The notes under the pieces were generated by a model. That model was not told where the DNA came from, did not search any database, and worked only from the letters and a program-made list of their open reading frames with translations. DNA of 64,000 bases from Sedimentisphaerales bacterium (lineage in GTDB: Bacteria > Planctomycetota > Phycisphaerae > Sedimentisphaerales > Anaerobacaceae): the NCBI GenBank assembly GCA_963708075.1, contig OY970194.1, positions 1-64,000 of the forward strand, written 5' to 3'. How positions within the stretch are numbered: the first letter of the stretch is position 1; every line of letters begins with the position of its first letter. Shown here piece after piece: positions 31,730 through 41,251 of the stretch. The translations under genes and the position numbers were made by a program.

Positions 31730-31959
31730 GTCCATCTCCGGGGCACCGTCATTAGCACTCATTGCCTTCGAGCTTGCCATCATACACAATCGCCTGCTTC
31801 GATTCGAGGGCCAGATCCGTCATTTTGCCCGGTATTATGGGCCCTGCGGTCTGATGCCTCTCCAGAACCGTACCACAAATCAGCCAGAAGAGGGCTTGAC
31901 GGCGAGGGGATTTTGCCTATGCTGGAGTCTTTCACCTGCAAGCTATAGGAGTATTGATC

Positions 31960-33258
31960 GTGCACGGAAGTACAAGGACAGGGGAGTTCGTATTTGAGCC
32001 GGGCGCCATCGAGCCGGGGCCGAGCGTGTTGTATGACGAGCACGTGAAGCGGACGAGCAAATCGCATATCAGCGCCTTCGCCGGCTACCTGATGCCGCTG
32101 TGGTATTCTTCCATCGCCGAGGAGCATCGGGCGGTCCGCGAGAGGGCGGGTTTGTTCGATTGCACGCACATGGGGGTGCTGGAGGTGTCGGGAGACGATG
32201 CCGCCGCTTTCCTCGACATTGTGACGACAAACCACATCAGCAGCATGAGCATCGGTCGAGCCCGCTATGGCTACATTCTCGATGCGGCCGGCAACGTGCT
32301 TGACGACATCATCGTCTATCGCCGGGGCGAGGACAACTTCATGGTCGTCGTCAATGCGGCGAACGAGCCGAAGATCAAATTCTACCTGCATGAGTTGATC
32401 GAAGGCAACGCCGTCGTCGATACCGAAGGGTCCGCATGGACCACCAAGCTGCCCGTCTTGCGCGTGGACGTATGGGACATGCGCGATCCAAACCGGCCGG
32501 AGGATCGGCGGGCGGACCTCGCACTGCAGGGACCGGCGTCGATAGATACACTTGCGAAGCTGACTGACGATCAATCGGTCGTAGATCGTATCGCCGGCCT
32601 GAAGAGCTTTGCATTTGTCGAGGAACAACTGGCCGGAATCGATTGCCTGATCTGCCGGACCGGCTACGCAGGGTCCAACGTCGGATTCGAGCTATTTATC
32701 GATCCGGAGGAGGCACCGCGCCTGTGGAACCTGATCCTCGATGCCGGCGGGCCGCTGGGGGTTCTGCCGTGTGGGCTCGGGGCTCGCGACAGCCTTCGAA
32801 TAGAGGCGGGCCTGCCACTATACGGGCACGAGCTCGACGGCAAGTTCAACATCTCGCCGTTCGAGGCCGGATACGGCTGGGCCGTCAAGCTGGACAAGGA
32901 TTTCTTCATCGGCAAGAAGGCCATGCAGCGCGTCGCCGCAACGTACAGCATGGAAGTGGTGCGGATCGAGTGGCCGGGCACGAAAGGAATCCGCCCCGTT
33001 CGGCAGGATGATGCCGTGCTGAATGAGCGGGGCGAGTGCGTCGGCTGTGTGGTCAGCAGCGCAAAGGTCGAAGACAGGCAGTATTCGCTGGCTTACGTAA
33101 ATCGCAACCTGGCCCGAGAGGGAACGAGGCTGGGTGTTTATTACTTGGCCAGAAGCCCGGCCCAGGTGCAGCAGGGCAGAAGAGAACGTGCGGAGAAGGG
33201 CGAAATACTGGAAGCGGATCTTACCGGCACGGTCTCCGTGCGGTCCCCGAAGTTTTGA
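31960..33258 (+). CDS. gcvT: Glycine cleavage T protein
   Basis: FAGYLMPLWY, EHRAVRE.AGLFD..HMG, VNAAN, RTGY, GLGARDSLRIEAGLPLYGHE. GTG start chosen from AGGAG spacing. Confidence 0.92.
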   Translation: MHGSTRTGEFVFEPGAIEPGPSVLYDEHVKRTSKSHISAFAGYLMPLWYSSIAEEHRAVRERAGLFDCTHMGVLEVSGDDAAAFLDIVTTNHISSMSIGRARYGYILDAAGNVLDDIIVYRRGEDNFMVVVNAANEPKIKFYLHELIEGNAVVDTEGSAWTTKLPVLRVDVWDMRDPNRPEDRRADLALQGPASIDTLAKLTDDQSVVDRIAGLKSFAFVEEQLAGIDCLICRTGYAGSNVGFELFIDPEEAPRLWNLILDAGGPLGVLPCGLGARDSLRIEAGLPLYGHELDGKFNISPFEAGYGWAVKLDKDFFIGKKAMQRVAATYSMEVVRIEWPGTKGIRPVRQDDAVLNERGECVGCVVSSAKVEDRQYSLAYVNRNLAREGTRLGVYYLARSPAQVQQGRRERAEKGEILEADLTGTVSVRSPKF

Positions 33259-33270
33259 TTGGAGATGATG

Positions 33271-33654
33271 ATGGCGGTCAAGGAAGGATTGCGTTACACG
33301 AAGGACCATGAGTGGATCAAGGTCAGTGGCGATACCGGGACGATCGGGATCACGGACTATGCCCAGGAGCAGTTGGGCGAGATCGTGTTCGTCGAGCTGC
33401 CCCAGGTGGGCAAGGAATTCGCCGCGCATAAAGAGATCAGCGTTGTGGAGAGCTCCAAGGCGGCCGGCGACGTGTACTGCCCCGTCGCGGGCAAAGTGAC
33501 GGAGGTGAACTTGCAGCTTGAGAGCAAGCCGGAATTGGTCAATGAGGACTGCTACGGCGCCGGCTGGATCTGCAAACTCAAGATCACCGATAAGAAGACG
33601 CTCGAAAATTTGATGGATCCGAAGCAATACGAGGAGTACCTCCAAACGCTGTGA
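33271..33654 (+). CDS. gcvH: Glycine cleavage H protein
   Basis: YTKDHEW, GITDYAQ, lipoyl motif VESSKAA, N.DCYG.GW. Confidence 0.96.
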   Translation: MAVKEGLRYTKDHEWIKVSGDTGTIGITDYAQEQLGEIVFVELPQVGKEFAAHKEISVVESSKAAGDVYCPVAGKVTEVNLQLESKPELVNEDCYGAGWICKLKITDKKTLENLMDPKQYEEYLQTL

Positions 33655-33666
33655 GGGCATTGCACA

Positions 33667-34998
33667 ATGGAATTCATACCCCATACCGCCGAGCAGCGAA
33701 GTCAGATGCTCGACACGATCGGCTTGACGATGGCGGATCTGTTCGGCGACATTCCTCCGAAGCTGATGGCCCGGTCCTTCAACCTGCCGCAGGGCTTGAG
33801 CGAGCAGGAGGTCCGCAACCGGCTGGCCGAGCTGGCGGGGAAGAACTCGACTGACCTGGTCCTGTTCCTGGGCGGCGGATTTTACGATCACTTCATTCCG
33901 GCGGCCGTGTATTCGATCATCTCGCGCAGCGAGTTCTATACGGCCTATACGCCGTATCAGCCGGAGCTGTCCCAGGGGACGCTCCAGGCCATCTACGAGT
34001 TCCAGTCGGCGATGTGCCGGCTCACGGATATGGAGGTGTCGAACGCATCGCTCTACGACGGCGGCACGGCCATGTATGAAGCCATGATGATGGCGCTGCG
34101 AATCACCGGCCGCAACAAGGTCATCATCGACGACAGCGTCAACCCGATCTATCGCGTCATGATTCATTCCTACACGCAGAACCTGCAGATTGACCTGGAG
34201 GAGACACATTGTGCCGACGGCCTGGCGAATCGCGCCGAAATCCTCCAGAAGCTCGATGAAGAGACTGCCGCCGTGATCGTGCAGAATCCGAATTTCTTCG
34301 GCTGCATCGACGACTTCGGTGATATCGCGGAGGCGGCTCACGAAAAGGGCGCACTGCTGCTCGTCTCGTGCTATCCGATCTCGCTGGGGATTCTCAAAAC
34401 GCCCGGCGCCATGGGGGCGGATATCGTCACCGGCGAGGGACAGAGCCTGGGCATCCCGATGTCGTTCGGCGGCCCGTACCTCGGTTTCATGACCGCCCGC
34501 CTGCAGCACGTTCGCAAAATGCCCGGCCGGATCGCGGGGGAAACGAAGGATCGCGAGGGCCGACGGGCCTTCGTCCTGACGCTTCAGGCCCGCGAGCAGC
34601 ATATCCGCCGCGAGAAGGCCACGTCCAACATCTGCTCCAACGAGGCCCTGTGCGCCCTGACGGCGCTGGTGTACCTGTCGCTGCTGGGCAAGGAGGGCCT
34701 GAAGGAGACGGCCCAACGCTGTGCCGATAAGGCGAGCTATGCCTACCACCGGCTGACCGCCATCCCCGGCGTGACGCCGCACTTCCGGGCCAAGTGGTTC
34801 TTCAATGAATTTGTCCTGGACCTGCCGTGCGAGGCGGCCGACGTGATCGCGCGGCTGATCGAAAGGGGGTTCGCCGCGGGCTTTCCGCTCAGCCGTTACT
34901 ACAAGGGCATGGAAAACTCCATACTCATCTGTGTGACCGAGAAGCGAACGAAGCAGGAGATCGGAATGCTGGCGGAGGCCCTGGAGAGTATTCTATGA
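33667..34998 (+). CDS. gcvPA: Glycine dehydrogenase subunit 1
   Basis: FYTAYTPYQPELSQG, NASLYDG, REQHIRREKATSNICSN. Confidence 0.96.
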   Translation: MEFIPHTAEQRSQMLDTIGLTMADLFGDIPPKLMARSFNLPQGLSEQEVRNRLAELAGKNSTDLVLFLGGGFYDHFIPAAVYSIISRSEFYTAYTPYQPELSQGTLQAIYEFQSAMCRLTDMEVSNASLYDGGTAMYEAMMMALRITGRNKVIIDDSVNPIYRVMIHSYTQNLQIDLEETHCADGLANRAEILQKLDEETAAVIVQNPNFFGCIDDFGDIAEAAHEKGALLLVSCYPISLGILKTPGAMGADIVTGEGQSLGIPMSFGGPYLGFMTARLQHVRKMPGRIAGETKDREGRRAFVLTLQAREQHIRREKATSNICSNEALCALTALVYLSLLGKEGLKETAQRCADKASYAYHRLTAIPGVTPHFRAKWFFNEFVLDLPCEAADVIARLIERGFAAGFPLSRYYKGMENSILICVTEKRTKQEIGMLAEALESIL

Positions 34999-36452
34999 AG
35001 CTTGTGTTTGAGAAGAGTGTTCCCGGCCGGCGGGGCGTGCTGCCCGCGCCGAGCGACGTGCCAATCGGCATCAACATCCGGGCGGACCTGCTGCGAGAGC
35101 ACAGCGCGGAGCTGCCCGAACTGAGCGAGCTCGATGTCGTGCGGCACTTCACGGAGCTGTCCCGCCGGAACTTCGGCGTTGACACAAATTTCTATCCGCT
35201 TGGCTCGTGCACGATGAAGTACAATCCCAAGGTGAACGAGCGAGTCGCCACGTATCCTGGATTTGCGCATCTGCATCCGCTGCTGCCGCAATTGCGCATG
35301 GGCGGCATGCTCACGCAGGGAGCCCTGGCCATTCTGTACGAGATGGACTTGCTGCTGCGCGAGATCACGGGGATGGATGGGTTCACGATGCAGCCGCTGG
35401 CCGGAGCGCACGGCGAGCTGACGGGCATGATGATCATGGCCGCCTACCACCGGGACAAGGGCAACAAGAAAAGCATCGTGCTTGCCCCGGACAGTGCCCA
35501 CGGCACGAATCCCGCCAGTGCTGCCATTGCAGGCTACCGCGTGGTCTCCATTCCAAGCACCGAAAACGGCGACATGGACATCGACGCCCTCAAAGCCGCG
35601 TTGAACGACGACGTCGCCGGCATCATGCTGACGTGCCCCAGCACTCTGGGCCTGTTCGATCCTCGAATCAAGGAAATTTGCGACCTGGTCCACAGCGTGG
35701 ACGGGCTGACCTACTATGATGGCGCGAATCTGAACGCGATTGTGGGCCTGGCCAGGCCGGGCGACTTCGGCTTCGATATCGTGCACCTGAACCTGCACAA
35801 GACCTTCTCGACACCGCACGGCGGAGGCGGTCCCGGGGCTGGGCCGGTCGGCGTGAAGGAGAAACTCCTGCCGTATCTGCCAATCTCCGTCGTAGTCAAA
35901 CGCGGTGATGGGACCTATGCTCTCGAATACGACCGCCCGAAATCTATCGGTTACATCGCGCCCTTCTACGGCAATTTCGGCATCATCGTGCGCGCGTACA
36001 CCTACATCCTGATGCTCGGCGGCGAAGGCCTGCGGCACGTCGCTGAGACAGCCGTTCTCAACGCCAACTACGTGCGTGCCAGCCTGCGTGAGCACTACAC
36101 GCCCGCCGTGGATCGGGTCTGCAAGCACGAGTGCGTCTTTACGATCAACGGCAAGATGGCCGAGAACGGTGTCCACGCCCTCGACGTCGCCAAGGCCCTG
36201 ATCGACCGAGGCTTCCACCCGCCAACAGTCTACTTCCCGATCACGGTAAAAGAAGCGATCATGATCGAGCCGACCGAGACCGAGAGCAAAGAAACCCTCG
36301 ACGCCTTCGTCGACGCGATGATCGAAATCGCCCAAATAGCAGAAACCGACCCTGAAAAGCTGAAAGCTGCCCCAACAACCACCCCGGTGTCCCGCCCCGA
36401 CGATGTCGCCGCCGTCAAGAGCCTCAACATTGCATCCCTGTGTTTTGACTGA
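34995..36452 (+). CDS. gcvPB: Glycine dehydrogenase subunit 2
   Basis: YPLGSCTMKYNP, SAHGTNPASA, HLNLHKTFSTPHGGGGPG, IEPTETES. Confidence 0.96.
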   Translation: MKLVFEKSVPGRRGVLPAPSDVPIGINIRADLLREHSAELPELSELDVVRHFTELSRRNFGVDTNFYPLGSCTMKYNPKVNERVATYPGFAHLHPLLPQLRMGGMLTQGALAILYEMDLLLREITGMDGFTMQPLAGAHGELTGMMIMAAYHRDKGNKKSIVLAPDSAHGTNPASAAIAGYRVVSIPSTENGDMDIDALKAALNDDVAGIMLTCPSTLGLFDPRIKEICDLVHSVDGLTYYDGANLNAIVGLARPGDFGFDIVHLNLHKTFSTPHGGGGPGAGPVGVKEKLLPYLPISVVVKRGDGTYALEYDRPKSIGYIAPFYGNFGIIVRAYTYILMLGGEGLRHVAETAVLNANYVRASLREHYTPAVDRVCKHECVFTINGKMAENGVHALDVAKALIDRGFHPPTVYFPITVKEAIMIEPTETESKETLDAFVDAMIEIAQIAETDPEKLKAAPTTTPVSRPDDVAAVKSLNIASLCFD

Positions 36453-36563
36453 GAAAGCTCCTCTCGCGGCCCCAGCGGTCATCTGGCAGTCTTTTCATGG
36501 CATGAACGACACGCGAGCACAGTGTTGAGCCTGAACCCAAGATGGATTCAGGCTGGACGCCCA

Positions 36564-36842
36564 CTATGTGCCTCGCATGGATTTCACTAGCTTGCTGCAT
36601 TCGGAATGAGGACCAACCCAAAACCAGATGATCTCGTCACCTTGCAGGATCCCAAGACTTCGGTAGTTCTTGGATACTCTGGCGGAGAATATCGGCCGGG
36701 TGGAGTGGATTCGCTTGAAGTGCAAACCCGGATGATAGGGATCTTGTTCAAATAAGTGATATGCCTCTCTTACCTGTCTCTTCAGCTCGGCAGGCAGTTG
36801 GTCATAGCTCTTCCAGAACCTGTCTGTGGTTCGCGATTTCAC
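36564..36842 (-). CDS. RelE/ParE-superfamily toxin
   Basis: 92 aa, basic; FWKSY..LP, PYHPGLHFK, YR.LG, WFWVGPH. Overlaps the antitoxin stop. Confidence 0.8.
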   Translation of the reverse strand: MKSRTTDRFWKSYDQLPAELKRQVREAYHLFEQDPYHPGLHFKRIHSTRPIFSARVSKNYRSLGILQGDEIIWFWVGPHSECSKLVKSMRGT

Positions 36843-37057
36843 AGGCGACCGAAATCCATTGGTTTGGTCTTCCCGTTCCTGTGTTCCTTAACGGCCTCGT
36901 CAGCAAGTTGATCAAGGGCATCCTCCGACTCCGAGAACTCCTTCTCCCATTTCCTCTCATCCTCAAGCTCTTCAAGCAGCCATTTTGCAAGCGCATTCTG
37001 TTCCACTTCTGGGAGCTTCGATGCCTTCTTGAAGGCTTCCTCTAATAGCTTGGTCAT
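36839..37057 (-). CDS. Cognate antitoxin
   Basis: 72-aa acidic protein MTKLLEEAFKKASKLPEVEQNALA upstream of the toxin. Confidence 0.75.
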   Translation of the reverse strand: MTKLLEEAFKKASKLPEVEQNALAKWLLEELEDERKWEKEFSESEDALDQLADEAVKEHRNGKTKPMDFGRL

Positions 37058-37099
37058 ATCTGAGTACCTTACACAAAGGGTCGTCCTTTCGTGAATGTG

Positions 37100-37128
37100 A
37101 GGATAACACGATCTGCCCGCCGAGTCAA
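37100..37128 (-). promoter_or_regulatory. Sigma70 promoter of the TA pair
   Basis: TTGACT-N17-TATCCT with an extended TG. Confidence 0.5.
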
Positions 37129-37244
37129 TGTCTCGGCGCAGGGTCCGCCCGCTCAGAGGCTCTCCTTCGCACCAGCATCCTCTTCGGCAGGGTTGCTTGC
37201 TCGGCAGTCCTTCGCGATGAGATTCGTGTGTTTGTACTTGGCCT

Positions 37245-38438
37245 TCATTTCTCCCAGGCCCCCTTGCCCGGCCGCAACCACCCGTATTCTTCTGCAATGG
37301 CCTTTACAATCGGGTTGAAGCGGTCCTTCTCGGCATTGGTCATGATGACCCAGCCGCGGTCGTTCGAGACGGCGGCGCCGAAACGGGCGACATAGCCGAG
37401 GTTCCCGCCGCCGTGCCAGAAGCCGCGATTGTTGGGGTCACCGTCCAGGAGTATCCCCATTCCCATCCAGCCGTCGAACTGCGGCTTGAGGAATTCCTCG
37501 GCGATGGCAGGGGAGATCGGGCCGGACGTCTGGCCCGCCTTGGCTTTCTGGACCGCGATAATCAACTTTGCCAGGTCCTGGGGCGTGGTCCACAAACCCG
37601 CAGCGGCTTTTTGAGGATAGACGCCCCAGCGTCCGCCGTAGGCGACGGTCTTTATCAAGCCGTATCCTCTGGCCGTGTTGTCAGTCTCCTGCTCCAGCGG
37701 CGGTTGGTGGAAGTGCGATCGGTTCATCTGGAGCGGCTCCAGCAGCGTCCTGCTCATCGCCATGTCGAAGGGTTCGCCTGTGACATCTTCTACCACCTTC
37801 TGGACGACGCAGTAGCCGCCGCCGGAGTATCGAAACTCCGAGCCGGGAGGATGCGCCACTTTGATCGATCCGAGATAGTTGCCGGTAAGCCAATCCGCCA
37901 GAGTATTTCGCTTGTTCAAGACTTCCAGCAGAGTTCGAGGGGCCTTGGAGTCGCTGTATCCCAGAAATCCATGCGGGACCATACCGGCCCGATGACACAG
38001 CAGCAGCCGAAGCGTGATCGGCTTGTCCGGCCACTTGGAATCCAGGCGCCAGTCCTTGAAATATCCGTTCACGTCCTTGTCGAGGTCGAGTTGGCCGGAC
38101 TCCTTGAGTTTCAGGACGGCCAGTGCCGTCACAGGCTTGCTGATCGAGGCGACTTGGAATTGTGTGTCGGTGTCCACGGGCAGCCGCATGCCGACGTCAC
38201 GCCAGCCGAAGCCTTGGGCCCATACGATTTCGCCGCCGTCGATCACGGCGACCGAGACGCCCGGAATGCCTTCCTTGCGCATCGTGTCTTGTATGACCTG
38301 GCTGATTCGCTGCGTCCGCTCGTCCTGGGTGCCCAAGGCGGCGGAGGCGGGGATAGGTTGCTTCAACGCCCGGCTGACTTGGCAACCGGCGCTCAGAACG
38401 ACAAGAACGGCCAGGAAGGCCGCAAGATGGCTTCTCAT
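37245..38438 (-). CDS. Serine hydrolase, beta-lactamase/AmpC family lipoprotein
   Basis: LSAGC lipobox; SISK; YSGGGY; HGG. Confidence 0.88.
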   Translation of the reverse strand: MRSHLAAFLAVLVVLSAGCQVSRALKQPIPASAALGTQDERTQRISQVIQDTMRKEGIPGVSVAVIDGGEIVWAQGFGWRDVGMRLPVDTDTQFQVASISKPVTALAVLKLKESGQLDLDKDVNGYFKDWRLDSKWPDKPITLRLLLCHRAGMVPHGFLGYSDSKAPRTLLEVLNKRNTLADWLTGNYLGSIKVAHPPGSEFRYSGGGYCVVQKVVEDVTGEPFDMAMSRTLLEPLQMNRSHFHQPPLEQETDNTARGYGLIKTVAYGGRWGVYPQKAAAGLWTTPQDLAKLIIAVQKAKAGQTSGPISPAIAEEFLKPQFDGWMGMGILLDGDPNNRGFWHGGGNLGYVARFGAAVSNDRGWVIMTNAEKDRFNPIVKAIAEEYGWLRPGKGAWEK

Positions 38439-38923
38439 GCTTTCACCAGTGCTTTCGATTTGGCGAGGATTTCGCCGGACCACTGACGGGCTTGTTCGAT
38501 CTCCCCCTCGAGCAGAAGATCGACCTCACCGGATTGCTGTGTTTTGCTTGTCTTGACGAAGAAGGTCCGGGGCCCTGCGATCGGATTGCCGCCCAGCTTT
38601 TGCAGTTGGCGAAGCAGCTTGGGCGAAGCCCTCATCAGCCTCAGCGGCCAGGGCTTGATGGTGGTGTCGAAGGCCGCCACAGATTTGCCCGCCAGAATTC
38701 CCGCCGGCTGAGCGTCGAGAATGGAGCGCACGGCTGGCGGCACATTGAAGCCGTGCGTCGGGCTGCCCACGACCACTATGTCGGCTCCCTCGAAATCCGA
38801 GGCGACAAGCCGGTCGATGCTCACGACACGGGCCTCTCCCGCCTGCCGCATCACGTCAGCAACGGCCTCAGCGATTCTTTTCGTGTTCCCGAACTTGGAA
38901 AAGTAAACGATCAACGTCTTCAT
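38435..38923 (-). CDS. Flavodoxin family protein
   Basis: YFSKFGNT, VGSPTHG, AAFDT. Confidence 0.88.
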   Translation of the reverse strand: MKTLIVYFSKFGNTKRIAEAVADVMRQAGEARVVSIDRLVASDFEGADIVVVGSPTHGFNVPPAVRSILDAQPAGILAGKSVAAFDTTIKPWPLRLMRASPKLLRQLQKLGGNPIAGPRTFFVKTSKTQQSGEVDLLLEGEIEQARQWSGEILAKSKALVKA

Positions 38924-38965
38924 CGTCCGCACCTTCAATTCTCGCTCGCCAACCCCACGCCGCGG

Positions 38966-40051
38966 TTATTTGGTGGCCATCACCTCCGGGTAGCGGGCGA
39001 AGGCTTCGATCAGTGCATCAGGCAGGTCTTTCGTTTCCGGCGTGTGTCGGATGCTGTAGTAGATCATCCACCTGTTCACGTCTGCGTCATAATCAGAGAA
39101 ATACGGGTTGAGCACGCCGAGATGCGACACATTGATGCTGATCATTCGGACGGGCGTCTTCGTGCTGAAATCGAGCCCGGCTAGTTGAACCGACCTGATT
39201 TCCGTAGTTCGGTCGGTCTTGTAATGGATCTCCAGCTTCTGGAGATCGTAAACGATGGTCCATTTCGTGGCGTCTCCCTGGCGGACAGCCGCCAGCGTGT
39301 CGAAAGCGTACTGGATTGGCGATTGCTTCGAGTCCTGGGGCTTGTAGGTCTTGAGTCGCTCAGCAGCGATAGCGAACCGGTCCAGCGAATCCCAGGAACC
39401 CTGCTTGATCGGCTTGGACCCGCCGAAACCTTCGTGTTGCTTCAGGTAGGCGAGTGATTCCTCGCAGGTATTGTTCGTGATGAGTTTGTGCGGCAGCGTG
39501 TCACCCGTGTGGCAGACGAGCCTGCCATCGAGGAACTCGACCACGGCCGCATGGCCCTCGCGGTCGCAGACAAAGTAGTGCAGCGGCATCGGCATCGTCG
39601 GCGAGATGCGTATTTGCTTGTCGGTGGCGAGGACCTCGGCCACCGTACGGCAGTTGTCAAGCTGGTACTGTGGCCAGGAGACCAGGCCGGACCGCTCGTC
39701 CGGTTGTGGATGCCGGGTACTATCCAGCCAGAGGGTTTCGACGACCAGCCCTACCTCATTCATGCCGCCGCTCGGCATTTCGCGGCCATACTGATTGAAG
39801 GTGACGCTGCCGTACTTGGAGACCCACTGGGCGGTCTTCTCTGTGGGGTCGAGGACCATCGCCCGCTTGGGCACGCCCTTCTTATTGACGATCAGGAGGC
39901 CTTGGTCGTTGTTCCAGTCGAGGTTCCTGCCCATCAGCAGGGTGCCATCCTGCAAAAAAGCCGTACACGCCCGTGCACTCGGTATCGCCGCCGGAACGGC
40001 GATAACGCACATAATCCCGACAAACCGCTGTAGACCCTTCCACGTTTTCAT
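38966..40051 (-). CDS. Linear amide C-N hydrolase (choloylglycine hydrolase/penicillin V acylase family), secreted
   Basis: Signal peptide ending ARA, then nucleophile Cys (CTAF); GRNLDW; W.SKYGS; GMNE.GL. Confidence 0.88.
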   Translation of the reverse strand: MKTWKGLQRFVGIMCVIAVPAAIPSARACTAFLQDGTLLMGRNLDWNNDQGLLIVNKKGVPKRAMVLDPTEKTAQWVSKYGSVTFNQYGREMPSGGMNEVGLVVETLWLDSTRHPQPDERSGLVSWPQYQLDNCRTVAEVLATDKQIRISPTMPMPLHYFVCDREGHAAVVEFLDGRLVCHTGDTLPHKLITNNTCEESLAYLKQHEGFGGSKPIKQGSWDSLDRFAIAAERLKTYKPQDSKQSPIQYAFDTLAAVRQGDATKWTIVYDLQKLEIHYKTDRTTEIRSVQLAGLDFSTKTPVRMISINVSHLGVLNPYFSDYDADVNRWMIYYSIRHTPETKDLPDALIEAFARYPEVMATK

Positions 40052-40185
40052 TACTTGTCACTCCTTAATCGCCCATACACTCATACTCAGGATAGAGTAT
40101 CCACTCTAACCAGTGCAATACTATACACTGATGGTCGTGTGTTGAGGAGCTTCATTGCAGGAGGAGCCCGCAGCGAGAGCGAGCC

Positions 40186-40980
40186 CTATCCCTTAACGAT
40201 CTCGATGGCGGCCTGGACGCTGGCGCCTTCGTGCACCATTTTGCTCAGCGCCTGGACCATCATGTCGGGCTTGTCATGCTGGAAGGCGTTTCGGCCGATG
40301 GACAGGCCCGCGGCTCCGGCCTTGAGGGCGCCTTCGGCCATCCGGAAGATGTCCTCGTCGCTGCCCATCTTGGGCCCGCCGGCGATGACCACCGGGACGG
40401 GACAGCCTTGGACGACCTCGGCGAATGTCTCGACACTGCCGGTGTAGGGGACTTTGACGATGTCGGCGCCGAGCTCGGCTCCCGCCCGGGCGGCGAGCTT
40501 GACATTCTTGACGTTGAACTCGTCCTGGATCTTTGTGCCCCGCGTGTACATCATCGCGATCAGCGGCATCTGCCATTCGGAGCACCGCTCGCTGACCAAG
40601 CCGAACTGCCGGAGCATTTCCTTGTCGGTCTCGGCCCCGAGATTGATGTGGATGGAGACGGCGTCGGCCCCGAGCTTGATCGCCTCTTCCACGGTGCAGA
40701 CGAGCTCCTTGGCATTGGGGTCAGGACTCAGCGATGTCCCGGCGGACAGGTGAACGATCAGACCGACGTCTTTGCCGGTGCCCCGATGGCCCGCGCGGAC
40801 CATGCCCTTGTGCATGAGGATGGCGTTGGCCCCGCCGGCGACGACCTTGCTGATCGCCGTGCGCATGTCGGCCAGCCCCGCGATCGGCCCGACCGTGACC
40901 CCGTGGTCCATCGGGATGATGACGGTCCTCTGCGAGTTGCGATCAATGATTCGTTCCAGTCGTATCGCCTTGCCGATCAT
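40186..40980 (-). CDS. DhnA-family class I aldolase, likely 2-amino-3,7-dideoxy-D-threo-hept-6-ulosonate (ADH) synthase
   Basis: [54 protein letters not shown]. Confidence 0.85.
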   Translation of the reverse strand: MIGKAIRLERIIDRNSQRTVIIPMDHGVTVGPIAGLADMRTAISKVVAGGANAILMHKGMVRAGHRGTGKDVGLIVHLSAGTSLSPDPNAKELVCTVEEAIKLGADAVSIHINLGAETDKEMLRQFGLVSERCSEWQMPLIAMMYTRGTKIQDEFNVKNVKLAARAGAELGADIVKVPYTGSVETFAEVVQGCPVPVVIAGGPKMGSDEDIFRMAEGALKAGAAGLSIGRNAFQHDKPDMMVQALSKMVHEGASVQAAIEIVKG

Positions 40981-41074
40981 GGCAAAACCTCCAACGATTA
41001 GTTCCCAAGCTTCAAAGTCAAATCTGCTTTGTATCCGAGGCCGTATCATGTCCGTTTGTTGTGACGGAAGCAAG

Positions 41075-41103
41075 AAAAAAAACGCCCTCGCGGCGCCTCA
41101 GGG
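41075..41103 (-). terminator. Intrinsic terminator-like hairpin in the ADH synthase leader
   Basis: CCCTGAGGCGCCGCGAGGGCG followed by T8, about 95 nt upstream of the start codon with no same-strand gene upstream. The stem is imperfect. Confidence 0.55.
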
Positions 41104-41251
41104 TTCCTTGTTCACCTTCTTGACCGCCTTCGTGTCTCGAGCTACACTCAATACTCCTGGAGAAGAGCTGCCGGACGTAGGATAGGCCCCAGGTCATGAT
41201 TAGATGAGCGTGCCTGCGGTTGCCATGTTGAATGCAGGCGGAGATGTGCCC

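Noticed and set aside
31790..31960. Glycine riboswitch upstream of gcvT
   Set aside because: No aptamer pattern is visible, and a possible promoter (TTGACG-N16-TATGCT) leaves too short a leader.
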